From positions 96,001 through 160,000 of the forward strand of contig MTMD02000014.1 in the NCBI GenBank assembly GCA_002010065.2: 64,000 nt of DNA, in the 5' to 3' direction. How positions within the stretch are numbered: position 1 is the stretch's first letter; every line of letters starts with the position of its first letter. Below, in pieces: positions 19,945 through 28,292 of the stretch. Below the pieces are notes generated by a model. That model was given only the letters and a program-made list of their open reading frames with translations. It had not been told where the DNA came from and searched no databases. This DNA comes from Candidatus Pyrohabitans jungbluthii. Lineage in GTDB: Archaea > Hydrothermarchaeota > Hydrothermarchaeia > Hydrothermarchaeales > BMS3B. The position numbers were made by a program, and so were the translations under genes.

Positions 19945-20208
19945 AAGCTTAAACCTCACATGTTTTTTGCTTAGATTTTAATAATAGTACGATATTTAAG
20001 CATTTCCTAAAATTTTCTTGATTTGCAACGCAAGCTTTTTTGATAAAACTTCGCCATTCGAAGAAGAGAGGATGATGAGGAAAAGACTCAGTGAGTCCTC
20101 ACAGCACTGTCCTTATATTAGAAAAGTTTATAGGAATAAGAATGTACCATAAGACGTAAGATATACCGTTTTGTATCAGACAGCAACCAATAGGGGTGCA
20201 GAAAGAAA

Positions 20209-20524
20209 ATGCAGGCAGAGTACAACTTAGAATTTACAAAATTATTCGTTAAGCAATTTGAAAAATTAGATCGCGCAAATCAAAAAAGAGTTTATAAAAA
20301 AAATCTTGGAATTGAAGAAAGATCCATTCAGACACAGGGCACTTACAGGACCTTTCAAAGGTTGTCATAGGATGCATGTAGGTAAATACAGAGTCATATA
20401 TTTGCCCAAAAAAGATATAAGAAAAGTATTCCTCATCGATGTGGACCTCAGATCGAGGGTTTACCAGAAGGATATTAGAAAAATTATAGAGCGAATTTCC
20501 GAACAAATTCTTTCTCAGAAATAG
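20209..20524 (+). pseudogene. RelE/ParE-family toxin, frameshifted in an A8 tract
   Basis: ATG 20209 gives MQAEYNLEFTKLFVKQFEKLDRANQKRVYKK. Removing one A from A8 (20296-20303) joins it to ILELKKDPFRHRALTGPFKGCHRMHVGKYRVIY...RSRVY, a RelE pattern. Confidence 0.85.
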
Positions 20525-20660
20525 TCTCTCCCGCCTCCGCCTGCTCAATAGATTTCAGTATCCTCACAGCTGTTTTTACGTCTGAAAGAATCTCCAGTGT
20601 TTCTTTCATCGCCTCATACTCTTTCTTCGGGATTTCTATCAATTCTTCTTTTGCAGCCAT
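20484..20660 (-). CDS. Putative antitoxin (RelB/YefM C-terminal-like, 58 aa)
   Basis: IPKKEYEAMKETLEILSD...ILKSIEQAEAGETIS is the typical antitoxin tail. It is convergent with the toxin, with 3' ends overlapping by 41 nt. Confidence 0.75.
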   Translation of the reverse strand: MAAKEELIEIPKKEYEAMKETLEILSDVKTAVRILKSIEQAEAGETISEKEFVRKFAL

Positions 20661-21042
20661 GGTAACACCAACTATTTCTGAATTTCTGAGAACATACATC
20701 ATATTTATTGTAGTACCTGAATTTTCCATGTACCTTAACGAAGAATACAGTTGTTGCATTTTCCATCACACCAGGTAGACCTAAAACTGCAAACCTTTAC
20801 TACCATCTTCTTCCAGCAGTATCACCGTAAATGCACCGCCTAATTTTGCCTACCGTCCGCAAAGAAGCGAAAGGTTTAAGGGAGATTGAAAGCAGAAAGA
20901 TAACGCTACTGTAATTTGGATAGGGTAGGAAAGGGAGAGATGGTAAATGCTTTAGTTAATATAACCTTCGTAGGCGATTATCTAAATAAACGACTAATAC
21001 GATCGAAAACCTCCTTATAAATGTATATTCGCCCGGATTTGT

Positions 21043-22024
21043 TCAATAACAGTAGCCAGAGCAGCATTTTCCCGAAGACGTGCAGGGCTCACCTACTTGC
21101 TTTCCAGTACATTCGCATTCGCCTTGTGTACATGATTGACAGTTCCATACCTGTGAGGCACAGGTTCCCTGGGAGCAGTAGTATTCGTTCAGCCTTGTAT
21201 CACTCACAGTAATCGCTAACAGACTGAAATGCATCCGTACACGTCCCAGGTTGATATGGATTATTTCCATTGTCGGTATCTGTACATGTGCAGTTTCCGG
21301 ATGAAACGTCATAACATTGTCCATTATTCCAGCAACATGCGGAATTAGATTCGCATTCCTGCTGATCGGTTATCGCGGAACAAGACTGGCATTCCGAAGA
21401 GGATTTATCGTAGCATGCTCCATTAACCCAGCAGCAATTCGGGCTAGATTCGCAGGACGTTTTTGAGGTATAGCCCTGACATCCAAGAGGCTCACAATAA
21501 TATCCACCTTTTCCATCTGGTTTGAGATTGTATCCATTTGGGCAACATTCTCTCACGCCGATTATCGTTTTTACATTCCTAACATTAGGTGATACCTCTG
21601 TTTCTGGACAAGTAAAAGAATCTAAAGGAAGATTCTCATAAAATCTCCAATCCGTAGAATAAGTTACTGATTCACCATAATTAATTTTCTGAGAAAAATC
21701 AACAGTATATTCAAATGGTACCCAATCGCCTAAATTTAGAAAACCACAACTTCCAACTGATGCGCCACCTTCTATACACTCGTAAGTTAAAGGTGGGATT
21801 ATCATTTTTGCTGATTTTACATGAGTATTAAAAACATCGCATGCTTCTATATATCCCTTCACATAATCGATTTCGCAGTATCCGTTTTTTATATTACAAG
21901 TATATGTTACGCTTCCACCATTTTCGTAATAAGAATACCAATTCGTGCACTGTTGCGAGAAACCGAAGGGTAGTAAAATAAAGAATACGAAAAGGAATGA
22001 TAATATTATTTTTTCTAATTTCAT
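21043..22024 (-). pseudogene. Secreted Cys-rich protein, split by a frameshift at about 21205
   Basis: Signal peptide; repeats C.GYTSKTSCESSPNCCW and CSAITDQQECESNSACCW. CTDTDNGNNPYQPGTC...DYC continues in another frame as (V)SDTRLNEYYCSQGTC...CCSGYCY*. Confidence 0.75.
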
Positions 22025-22512
22025 AAAATCACATTCAATAATTTTTCCATCAGTTTTTTCTCCTTACCTTTCATTCCGTATAAAATATTATCTCTTTTCC
22101 ATAAAAATATATTCAGAGATTCGTTCCCCACAGCAACGGCGTAAAAACCTATTTTCGTTCCGTTTATATTGAAAGATTCCGTCTCGTCAGCGTAAGGAGA
22201 TATACTCGAGATAAAATTACTCAGATAATTTTCCGCTTGGGAAGATGAGGAATATCTGCCTATATGAAGAATTATCGCCCCGTCATCGGTTTTATATGTA
22301 ACCACAACCCCGCTTTCCGCGCCTGAAAACATGAGTTCGGTTGTGTTTGTGTAGCCGAGATAGGAGAGACCGGCAGGAAGAATGTTTGTCGGGAAAAGTT
22401 CTGTTAAATCTTCTTTCTGCTTTTGAAAGGAGAATATAAAAAAATAAGATAAAATTCCTATTAGCACAATTAGGAATAGAAGAATTTTCCAATTACTTTT
22501 GGATATATACAT
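22021..22512 (-). CDS. N-terminally anchored hypothetical protein
   Basis: N-terminal TM; ATGA-type overlap with the Cys-rich gene. Confidence 0.7.
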   Translation of the reverse strand: MYISKSNWKILLFLIVLIGILSYFFIFSFQKQKEDLTELFPTNILPAGLSYLGYTNTTELMFSGAESGVVVTYKTDDGAIILHIGRYSSSSQAENYLSNFISSISPYADETESFNINGTKIGFYAVAVGNESLNIFLWKRDNILYGMKGKEKKLMEKLLNVIL

Positions 22513-22546
22513 AATAAATTAAATAACTCTCATCTATTATAAATTT

Positions 22547-23698
22547 TTACAATTCATGCCAATTTTTTACTTTCCTTATCTTTTTTTCTTCCTTCATTTT
22601 TTTATAAAGCTTATCTCTACAATCCCAAAGTAACTTACCAATATATTCATGTTCTTCGCTAAGAGACTTAAAACGTTTTCTTTCACCAGTCTGTTCAATT
22701 TTGTTGTGAAGCATTTCATGAAGAATGCCATCAGCCAAATGATAAGGTCCGTAGTAAAAAACACTTTCTCTACCAATTAGTATTTCTCCGTCACCTCCAG
22801 CAAATATTTGTGTATTGTAAAGCTGTATCCTATTCACATATCTTGCAATATCCTCATATTCTTTCGGACAAGTTTCATTAATAATATCCAAAGCCTTCTT
22901 TATTTTTTCGAATGGATGCATTTGAGAAGTATTTTGTTTTTTCATCTCTCTTCTAAACTCAACGGACATGATTAACAATATATCACCATCTCCTATATCG
23001 AGACCGTGGTGGTATTCATCTACGTTTTCATCGATAAATTCCTTTATTTCTTCACGCGCCTCTGAGGCATTTGCGATATAGCTAATTCTATCTAAAAATA
23101 ATGGTGCAAAATGTTCTGAATACATTATTCCATCTTTGAAAGTGTATGTTATAAAATTCTTCTTTACCAATTCCGCATCATCCTTTCCTACTTTTTCTGC
23201 CAATGCATCGTAGAATTCTTTTCTCAGCATTTCTTTCAATTTTATTTGTCTTTCCACTTCCGGTGTTAAATACGGATCTGTTCCCCTCTGAATTTCTTCC
23301 CAGTCGGAAACACCGTCTCCGTCGCTATCCATTCTTTTGAGTTTATATGTTTCGCGATCGAAAACGAATTCGTATGCATCTTTAAGTTTTTTATTCGTAT
23401 AATCCTTAAAACCAGAGTCGAAATAATATGCTGCTCCGAAACCGGCCAATGCTGTTAGACCTGCAACTATACCGTAAAGTATTTTCTTCGTCTTACTCGA
23501 TTCTGTTTCTCTCTCGCTCTTCTTTTCAGGTTCGGTAGATGGATATTCTGCTAATCTTTCTTGATGAACAAAACCACCATGTAGAATTGTATATGGGTCC
23601 GGTATTGGAATGCTTCCTTCTTCCTCGTATATAAATCTACTTCCTTCTTCTCCTAATTCTTTTGCAAGTTCTATTGCTTTTTTTAGCGTGGTGCTCAC
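22547..23698 (-). CDS. Membrane-anchored protein with a DxDxDG Ca-binding repeat and an HExxH zincin motif
   Basis: TM ILYGIVAGLTALAGFGAAYYF, DSDGDGVSDWEEIQRGTDP, ILHEMLH and downstream EEHE. Confidence 0.72.
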   Translation of the reverse strand: MSTTLKKAIELAKELGEEGSRFIYEEEGSIPIPDPYTILHGGFVHQERLAEYPSTEPEKKSERETESSKTKKILYGIVAGLTALAGFGAAYYFDSGFKDYTNKKLKDAYEFVFDRETYKLKRMDSDGDGVSDWEEIQRGTDPYLTPEVERQIKLKEMLRKEFYDALAEKVGKDDAELVKKNFITYTFKDGIMYSEHFAPLFLDRISYIANASEAREEIKEFIDENVDEYHHGLDIGDGDILLIMSVEFRREMKKQNTSQMHPFEKIKKALDIINETCPKEYEDIARYVNRIQLYNTQIFAGGDGEILIGRESVFYYGPYHLADGILHEMLHNKIEQTGERKRFKSLSEEHEYIGKLLWDCRDKLYKKMKEEKKIRKVKNWHEL

Positions 23699-24056
23699 AA
23701 TAACAATTTAACCACTTTAAATTTAAAAATGTAACGATTTGATATTAGGTGTGTCATCTGCAAGAGATTTCGCCTGTGCAGCATTTTTGCAAGACCATTT
23801 GCTGAAGCTACTGCAGGTGATAGGGGGAAGCTGCTCGGACTGCTGTGGCTGTGGTTTAAGCACCCCTTTGTTTCACCGTTCCGCCAGAAGACCGTCGAAC
23901 AGCCGCTAAAACCTCAGAAAGGGATAAAAAGGGAAGAGTTGAGCATCGCTTTAGGGTCGCAGGGATTCAGAGAAGAATTATTCCCGCTGGAAGTGCTCCT
24001 CCGGCACAACCACTTGAGACAGCCCATAAACCAGAACTGGAGAAAATTGTTGAGGA

Positions 24057-24259
24057 TGATTCCAAATACCTCTCTACTTTCATTGCCAGAGGAGATGTAT
24101 AAAAAGATTGTAGAATTTAGAAAAACCATAAACTTGGATTTTGATGATGCCTATCAATATGGCGTGGCTAAGTATTTTGGACTCAAAATAGTCACTATGG
24201 ATAGAGATTTTGAGAAAGTGAAAGACGTGGAAGTTGAGTTCTTACAGGATGTCGCCTAA
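24057..24259 (+). pseudogene. C-terminal remnant of a PIN-domain (VapC) toxin; 5' boundary approximate
   Basis: LDFDDAYQYGVAK..GLKIVTMDRDF is the PIN C-terminal motif. The N-terminal DTN motif and an antitoxin are absent. Confidence 0.7.
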
Positions 24260-24366
24260 AGCTGAGCTAGCATGCCTCAGCGTTAGCCAGACCTCTTACA
24301 GCTGTTTTTAATTAATAAATTTCCATTAATAATTTAGATGTGAAAAAACTTTGCGAACAATAAAAT

Positions 24367-24633
24367 ATGGAGTCACCTGTAATGCCTCCTCACTATAGAA
24401 AAGGTTTCTGGATGGAGCCAGGGAGGGAGTACCAGTGTGCCTCCTGCGGCGTGAAGTTTGGCACCAGCTATCCGCGCTTTATCCGCGATTGTCCCTCCTG
24501 CCACCACGAGTTTATCGCCTACGTTGAAGAGGACGAAGAGGAGATAGCCTGCCTCCACAGAATGGAGATGGTCACAAAGATAACCTGCCACTTCTGCAGG
24601 CTCCGCAGGCATGGGCTCTGCGACGGTGGCTAA
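24367..24633 (+). CDS. Small Cys/His-rich zinc-ribbon protein
   Basis: CASC...CPSC plus a second cluster CLH...CHFC...LC in 88 aa. Confidence 0.65.
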   Translation: MESPVMPPHYRKGFWMEPGREYQCASCGVKFGTSYPRFIRDCPSCHHEFIAYVEEDEEEIACLHRMEMVTKITCHFCRLRRHGLCDGG

Positions 24634-24668
24634 TTTCTTTGTCTTTGCTAAAGTTTTCTTGATTTGGC

Positions 24669-25454
24669 ATGCGCGCCCTCGCTACAAGCTTTCTTGTGCT
24701 CGCTGAAATAGCTGCGAGGCAGCCCAGCGTGAGGCAGGCTGAGATCGCCAAGGAGCTGGGCATCAGTGCGCAGGCGGTGTCGGAGTGCGTTAAGTCGCTG
24801 ATTAAAGCTAAGCTGGTGGAGAGCAGCGGGAAGGGGAGCTATACCCTCACACCCAAGGGCTATGAATATCTCTTCACCAACGCAAGGGAGCTTAGAGACC
24901 TGTCGAGTTTTATCCTGGAGGAGGTTGTCTCAGGGCTGCGCGTGTACACTGCAGTTGCTGCCGAGGATTTGGAGGCTGAGGAGGAGGTTTCCCTGTGGAT
25001 GGAGCGCGGGCTACTCTATGCCGGCAAGCGCAGCGGCAGAGCGCAGGGAAAAACGCTGAGCGCAGCGCAGCGCGGCGAAGACGTCGCCGTGGTCGAGGTT
25101 CGCGAGCTTGTGGCTCCACCTCCCGGCATGGTTACGGTTGTGAAGGTGCCCAGGGTTGAGAAAGGTGGGAGCAGAACCGCTAACTTGGGCATGCTCCAGC
25201 ATTTAGCAGAGGATGCAGAGTTTGTCGCAGCGCTGGGTGTAGAGGCAAAGGTTGCCCTTGAGAAGGCAGGCATAGGCTGCGATGCCTTTTTCGGCGCGCC
25301 TCATGCGTGCGTGGAGGCGGCGCTTCATGGCATGCCTGTGCTCGTGGCTGCGGTTGAGGATGAGCTTCACCTCCTGCTCAGAAAACTTGAAAGGGCAGGG
25401 CTGAGTTATCGCGTAATTGATGCAAGCGTAAGGAGGCAGGCGAATGAAGGTTGA
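24669..25454 (+). CDS. Winged-HTH transcriptional regulator (COG1497-like)
   Basis: QAEIAKELGISAQAVSE HTH, Y.LT.KG, LWMERGLLYA, VP.V..GGSR, EAALHG. Confidence 0.82.
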   Translation: MRALATSFLVLAEIAARQPSVRQAEIAKELGISAQAVSECVKSLIKAKLVESSGKGSYTLTPKGYEYLFTNARELRDLSSFILEEVVSGLRVYTAVAAEDLEAEEEVSLWMERGLLYAGKRSGRAQGKTLSAAQRGEDVAVVEVRELVAPPPGMVTVVKVPRVEKGGSRTANLGMLQHLAEDAEFVAALGVEAKVALEKAGIGCDAFFGAPHACVEAALHGMPVLVAAVEDELHLLLRKLERAGLSYRVIDASVRRQANEG

Positions 25455-25635
25455 GCTGGAGCTTCTTGACGTGGCAAGGGAGAATGTGGAGAAGCTGACG
25501 CGAGAGGTACATCGCTACGATATCGCAGATGGTGTAATCTACCTCATGTATGAGGATAAGGTGGAGATTTTCCCCCTGGACAGGCTACACCGAATGATGG
25601 TAATGAAGGGCGAGGAGGGCGAAGGGACATTATAG
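25444..25635 (+). CDS. Small hypothetical protein
   Basis: 63 aa, overlaps the upstream stop, GGAGG RBS, backbone-like codon usage. Confidence 0.55.
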   Translation: MKVELELLDVARENVEKLTREVHRYDIADGVIYLMYEDKVEIFPLDRLHRMMVMKGEEGEGTL

Positions 25636-26202
25636 CTCCTGCTTTCCGTACCTCTCTTCCCTCCATGCATTGCCCCGCATGTGGTACCCCCTCGCCTCCC
25701 AGAACCCTGGCTTATTCTCAGCCATGAACTCTATGCCTACCACCCACTTTGCACTCTTCCAGAAGTAGAGCCTCGGAATCACTAGCCTCACAGGTGAGCC
25801 ATGCTCAGGGGTTAGAGGTTTGCCGTTGAGCTTTACAGCGAGAAGCGCATCCTCAGCGAAGAACTCAGCAAGCGGGAGGTTGGTTGTGTACCCATCGGCA
25901 GAGTGAACCATAACATACTTCGCCTCAGGCAAAAGGTGCACAAGCTTCTTAATCTCGCGGGTGCTGACCCCTTCCCAGGTTAAGCCCAGCTTCGACCAGC
26001 CGGTAACGCAATGAGCGTCTAAATTAACCGTAACTCGCGGGAGGGACATGAGGTTAGCGTAACTCAGCTCCACCTCCTCCTTCACCAGCCCGAATATCCT
26101 GAGGCTCCACTTTGAGATGTCAATGTGGGGTATTCCGTCAAAATGAAGAATAGGCAGATGCTCAACCACTTTTTGCCCCGGTGGCAGCTTGGGTGAGGGC
26201 AT
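25630..26202 (-). CDS. Sulfite-oxidase-like molybdopterin-binding oxidoreductase
   Basis: LPPGQ, HCVTGWS, EHGSPVRLVIP.LYFWKSAKW, GFWE.RGYH. Confidence 0.9.
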   Translation of the reverse strand: MPSPKLPPGQKVVEHLPILHFDGIPHIDISKWSLRIFGLVKEEVELSYANLMSLPRVTVNLDAHCVTGWSKLGLTWEGVSTREIKKLVHLLPEAKYVMVHSADGYTTNLPLAEFFAEDALLAVKLNGKPLTPEHGSPVRLVIPRLYFWKSAKWVVGIEFMAENKPGFWEARGYHMRGNAWREERYGKQEL

Positions 26203-26204
26203 AC

Positions 26205-27035
26205 CTAAATCCCAAGCACGTCGAAGGTGGAGTAGACCCTGCCCCTCTCCGCTTTGGCCACGAAGCGCGCTGCCTTTATAGCGCCTTCCACGAAAGCCTG
26301 CCTTGAGTGGGCGCGGTGAATAAGCTCCACTCGCTCGCCCTCGCCGGCGAATATCACTATGTGCTCTCCCACCACGTCGCCCGCTCGAACCGCGTGGAAG
26401 CCTATCTCTTCATCGCTGCGCTCGCCTATTAAGCCTCGCCCTCTTGAATATCTGGCGCATTCCTCAAGCCTCTTTCCCTGGGCTTCTGCTATAAGCTCGC
26501 CAACGCGGAGCGCTGTGCCGGAGGGCGCATCCTTCTTGTGGCGATGGTGTATCTCTATAATCTCCACGTCGTAATCCTTAAGCACCCGCGCAATCTGTGC
26601 CGCGATTTTGAAAAACACATTGACGCCCGTAGCCATATTCGGCGAAATCACCGCGGCGATGCCATTTTCTTCCACAGCGCGGACAATTTCCTGCTTTTCC
26701 TCCTCTGCAAATCCGGTGGTGCCTATCACCAGGTTAACTCCCAGCGAGGCGGCAATCTTGGCTGTGCTCACGCACGCTTTGGCTGTGGTGAAGTCGATCA
26801 GCACCTCTGGCTTTGCTTCAATCAAAACCTCGCGCAGCTCATCGGCGGTGCTCAATGCTACGCCACACTTGCCCACGCCAATGAGCTCGCCCACGTCTTT
26901 ACCTCTCTCCTCCTTCCCTGGCGCCTCTATAGCTGCGACCAGCTTCATATCATCCTGAGCAAGAACGCTCTTAACTATCCCGCTCCCCATTCTTCCAAGA
27001 GCTCCGGTTACAGCTACGCGTATCAAGGGCATCAC
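26205..27035 (-). CDS. dapB: 4-hydroxy-tetrahydrodipicolinate reductase
   Basis: GALGRMG, IDFT, IGTTG, EIHHRHKKDAPSGTA, HRAHSR. Confidence 0.97.
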   Translation of the reverse strand: MMPLIRVAVTGALGRMGSGIVKSVLAQDDMKLVAAIEAPGKEERGKDVGELIGVGKCGVALSTADELREVLIEAKPEVLIDFTTAKACVSTAKIAASLGVNLVIGTTGFAEEEKQEIVRAVEENGIAAVISPNMATGVNVFFKIAAQIARVLKDYDVEIIEIHHRHKKDAPSGTALRVGELIAEAQGKRLEECARYSRGRGLIGERSDEEIGFHAVRAGDVVGEHIVIFAGEGERVELIHRAHSRQAFVEGAIKAARFVAKAERGRVYSTFDVLGI

Positions 27036-27920
27036 CTAAATAATGCCCAGTTTGGCAACTACTTCGCGTATGCGCTCCCGCTTCTCCTGCGAGGTCTCGC
27101 ACAGAGGTAAGCGGAAGCCTCCTGCTGGTAAGCCCGCGAGCGCCATCGCCTCCTTGATTGGTATCGGGTTTGTATCAATAAAGAGCACATCAAAGAGCTC
27201 ACTCAGCTCGCGGTGCTCCTTCTCCATGGCAGCAAAGTCTCCCTTCAAGCCCAGCTCAACAAAGCGCTGCATTCGCCCAGGGATTAAATTGGAGGCAACT
27301 GAAATAACTCCCTTCGCGGCGTAGTCCCGCATTAAGGCGAGGGTATCACCGTCGTTGCCCGAGAGTATGAGAAAGTCCTCGCCGCAAAGCTCGCGAATCC
27401 TGCGCCAGACTTCGGGATTTCCGCTCGCTTCCTTAACACCTATAATATTCGAGTGCTCCTCCTTCAGCCTCGCCATGGTCTCGGGCGCTATCTCGCGAGC
27501 ACTTCGCCCGGGGATGTTGTAAAGTATGTGCGGTATATCAACCCGCTCCGCTATCGCCGAGAAGTGGCGGAACAGCCCCTCCTGATTCGGCTTGTTGTAG
27601 TAGGGGCAAACTTGCAACGTAGCCGCGGCGCCCACATCGCTGGCATGCCTGCTGAGCTCAATCGCCTCCCAGGTGCAGTTTGAACCCGTGCCAGCAATAA
27701 CAGCGCAGCACGCATGCTCAACAGTAGCTTCTATAACCTTATTGTGCTCCTCATGGCTGAGCACCGGCGATTCGCCGGTTGTGCCTACTGCGACGATACC
27801 AGCAACGCCACCCTCATTCTGCATCTCCACTAGGCGAGCGTAGGCATCTAAGTCAAGCTCAGGCTTAACGCCGGTGTCTTTAAAAGGTGTAACAATCGCC
27901 GTAAAGCAGCCCTGGAACAT
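27036..27920 (-). CDS. dapA: 4-hydroxy-tetrahydrodipicolinate synthase
   Basis: TAIVTPF, GTTGES, PYYNKP, LYNIPGR, GVKEASG, SGND, NPIPIK. Confidence 0.97.
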   Translation of the reverse strand: MFQGCFTAIVTPFKDTGVKPELDLDAYARLVEMQNEGGVAGIVAVGTTGESPVLSHEEHNKVIEATVEHACCAVIAGTGSNCTWEAIELSRHASDVGAAATLQVCPYYNKPNQEGLFRHFSAIAERVDIPHILYNIPGRSAREIAPETMARLKEEHSNIIGVKEASGNPEVWRRIRELCGEDFLILSGNDGDTLALMRDYAAKGVISVASNLIPGRMQRFVELGLKGDFAAMEKEHRELSELFDVLFIDTNPIPIKEAMALAGLPAGGFRLPLCETSQEKRERIREVVAKLGII

Positions 27921-27921
27921 C

Positions 27922-28122
27922 TCACTCCCTTACCCGCTGCCTCTGCTTCAGTATGCGCGTGACGTAGCCGGCTATTCTATTTGCCAGCATCTTGCCCTGT
28001 AGGTCAAGCACGCGCTCCACAAACTCGCGGTTCTTCTTGAAATCAAGGGTGAGCGCGTCACCATAGCGGTCCACCAACTCCAGGGCGGTGCGCTTTATGT
28101 ACTTCTGCCTGATTCTTCCCAA
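27922..28122 (-). CDS. rps17e: 30S ribosomal protein S17e
   Basis: TTG start after a GGAGGTGA RBS; MGRIRQKYIKRTA...DFKKNR...NRIAGYVTR. Confidence 0.93.
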   Translation of the reverse strand: MGRIRQKYIKRTALELVDRYGDALTLDFKKNREFVERVLDLQGKMLANRIAGYVTRILKQRQRVRE

Positions 28123-28143
28123 ATTTTCACCTCCAAAAGGCAT

Positions 28144-28239
28144 GTCAACTTATTTCTTCGCGAGATGGGTAACTCCGTCACCCTATCACTTCGTGACACG
28201 GGTAACCTCAGAAAATCTTAAATTTCATATGAGGTTAAC
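28144..28239. repeat. Intergenic tandem hairpin / inverted half-site element, copy A
   Basis: Minus strand reads GTTACCC-GTG-TCAC-GAA-GTGA-TA-GGGTGAC-GGA-GTTACCC. 28168-28187 (rc) matches 50583-50602 at 19/20 nt. Confidence 0.65.
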
Positions 28240-28292
28240 TAAGGGGTGATATTCACAGAGGTGATATTTATACTTTACTTTGGAGGAGGAAG

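Larger units (their letters stand above)
19990..24360. mobile_element. AT-rich horizontally acquired island (TA remnants plus secreted/membrane proteins); no integrase or att site seen, borders approximate
   Basis: Abrupt compositional shift by eye, TA genes at both ends, two frameshifts and one truncation inside. Confidence 0.65.

Noticed and set aside
20072-20100. ATGATGA box-C-like motif and GACTCA-G-TGAGTC palindrome at the island edge
   Set aside because: No properly placed CTGA box D and no second copy found. There is not enough to call an sRNA or att site.
21200-21202. TGA in the Cys-rich gene as selenocysteine readthrough
   Set aside because: In-frame readthrough gives unrelated sequence. 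The motif continues in a different frame, so it is a frameshift.
23939-24056. N-terminal part of the 106-aa ORF as a genuine PIN N-terminus
   Set aside because: It lacks the first catalytic Asp motif and differs in composition. It looks like unrelated DNA fused to a PIN remnant.
24490-24510. CPSCH as a c-type heme motif
   Set aside because: There is no signal peptide, and it pairs with an upstream CxxC as a Zn ribbon.
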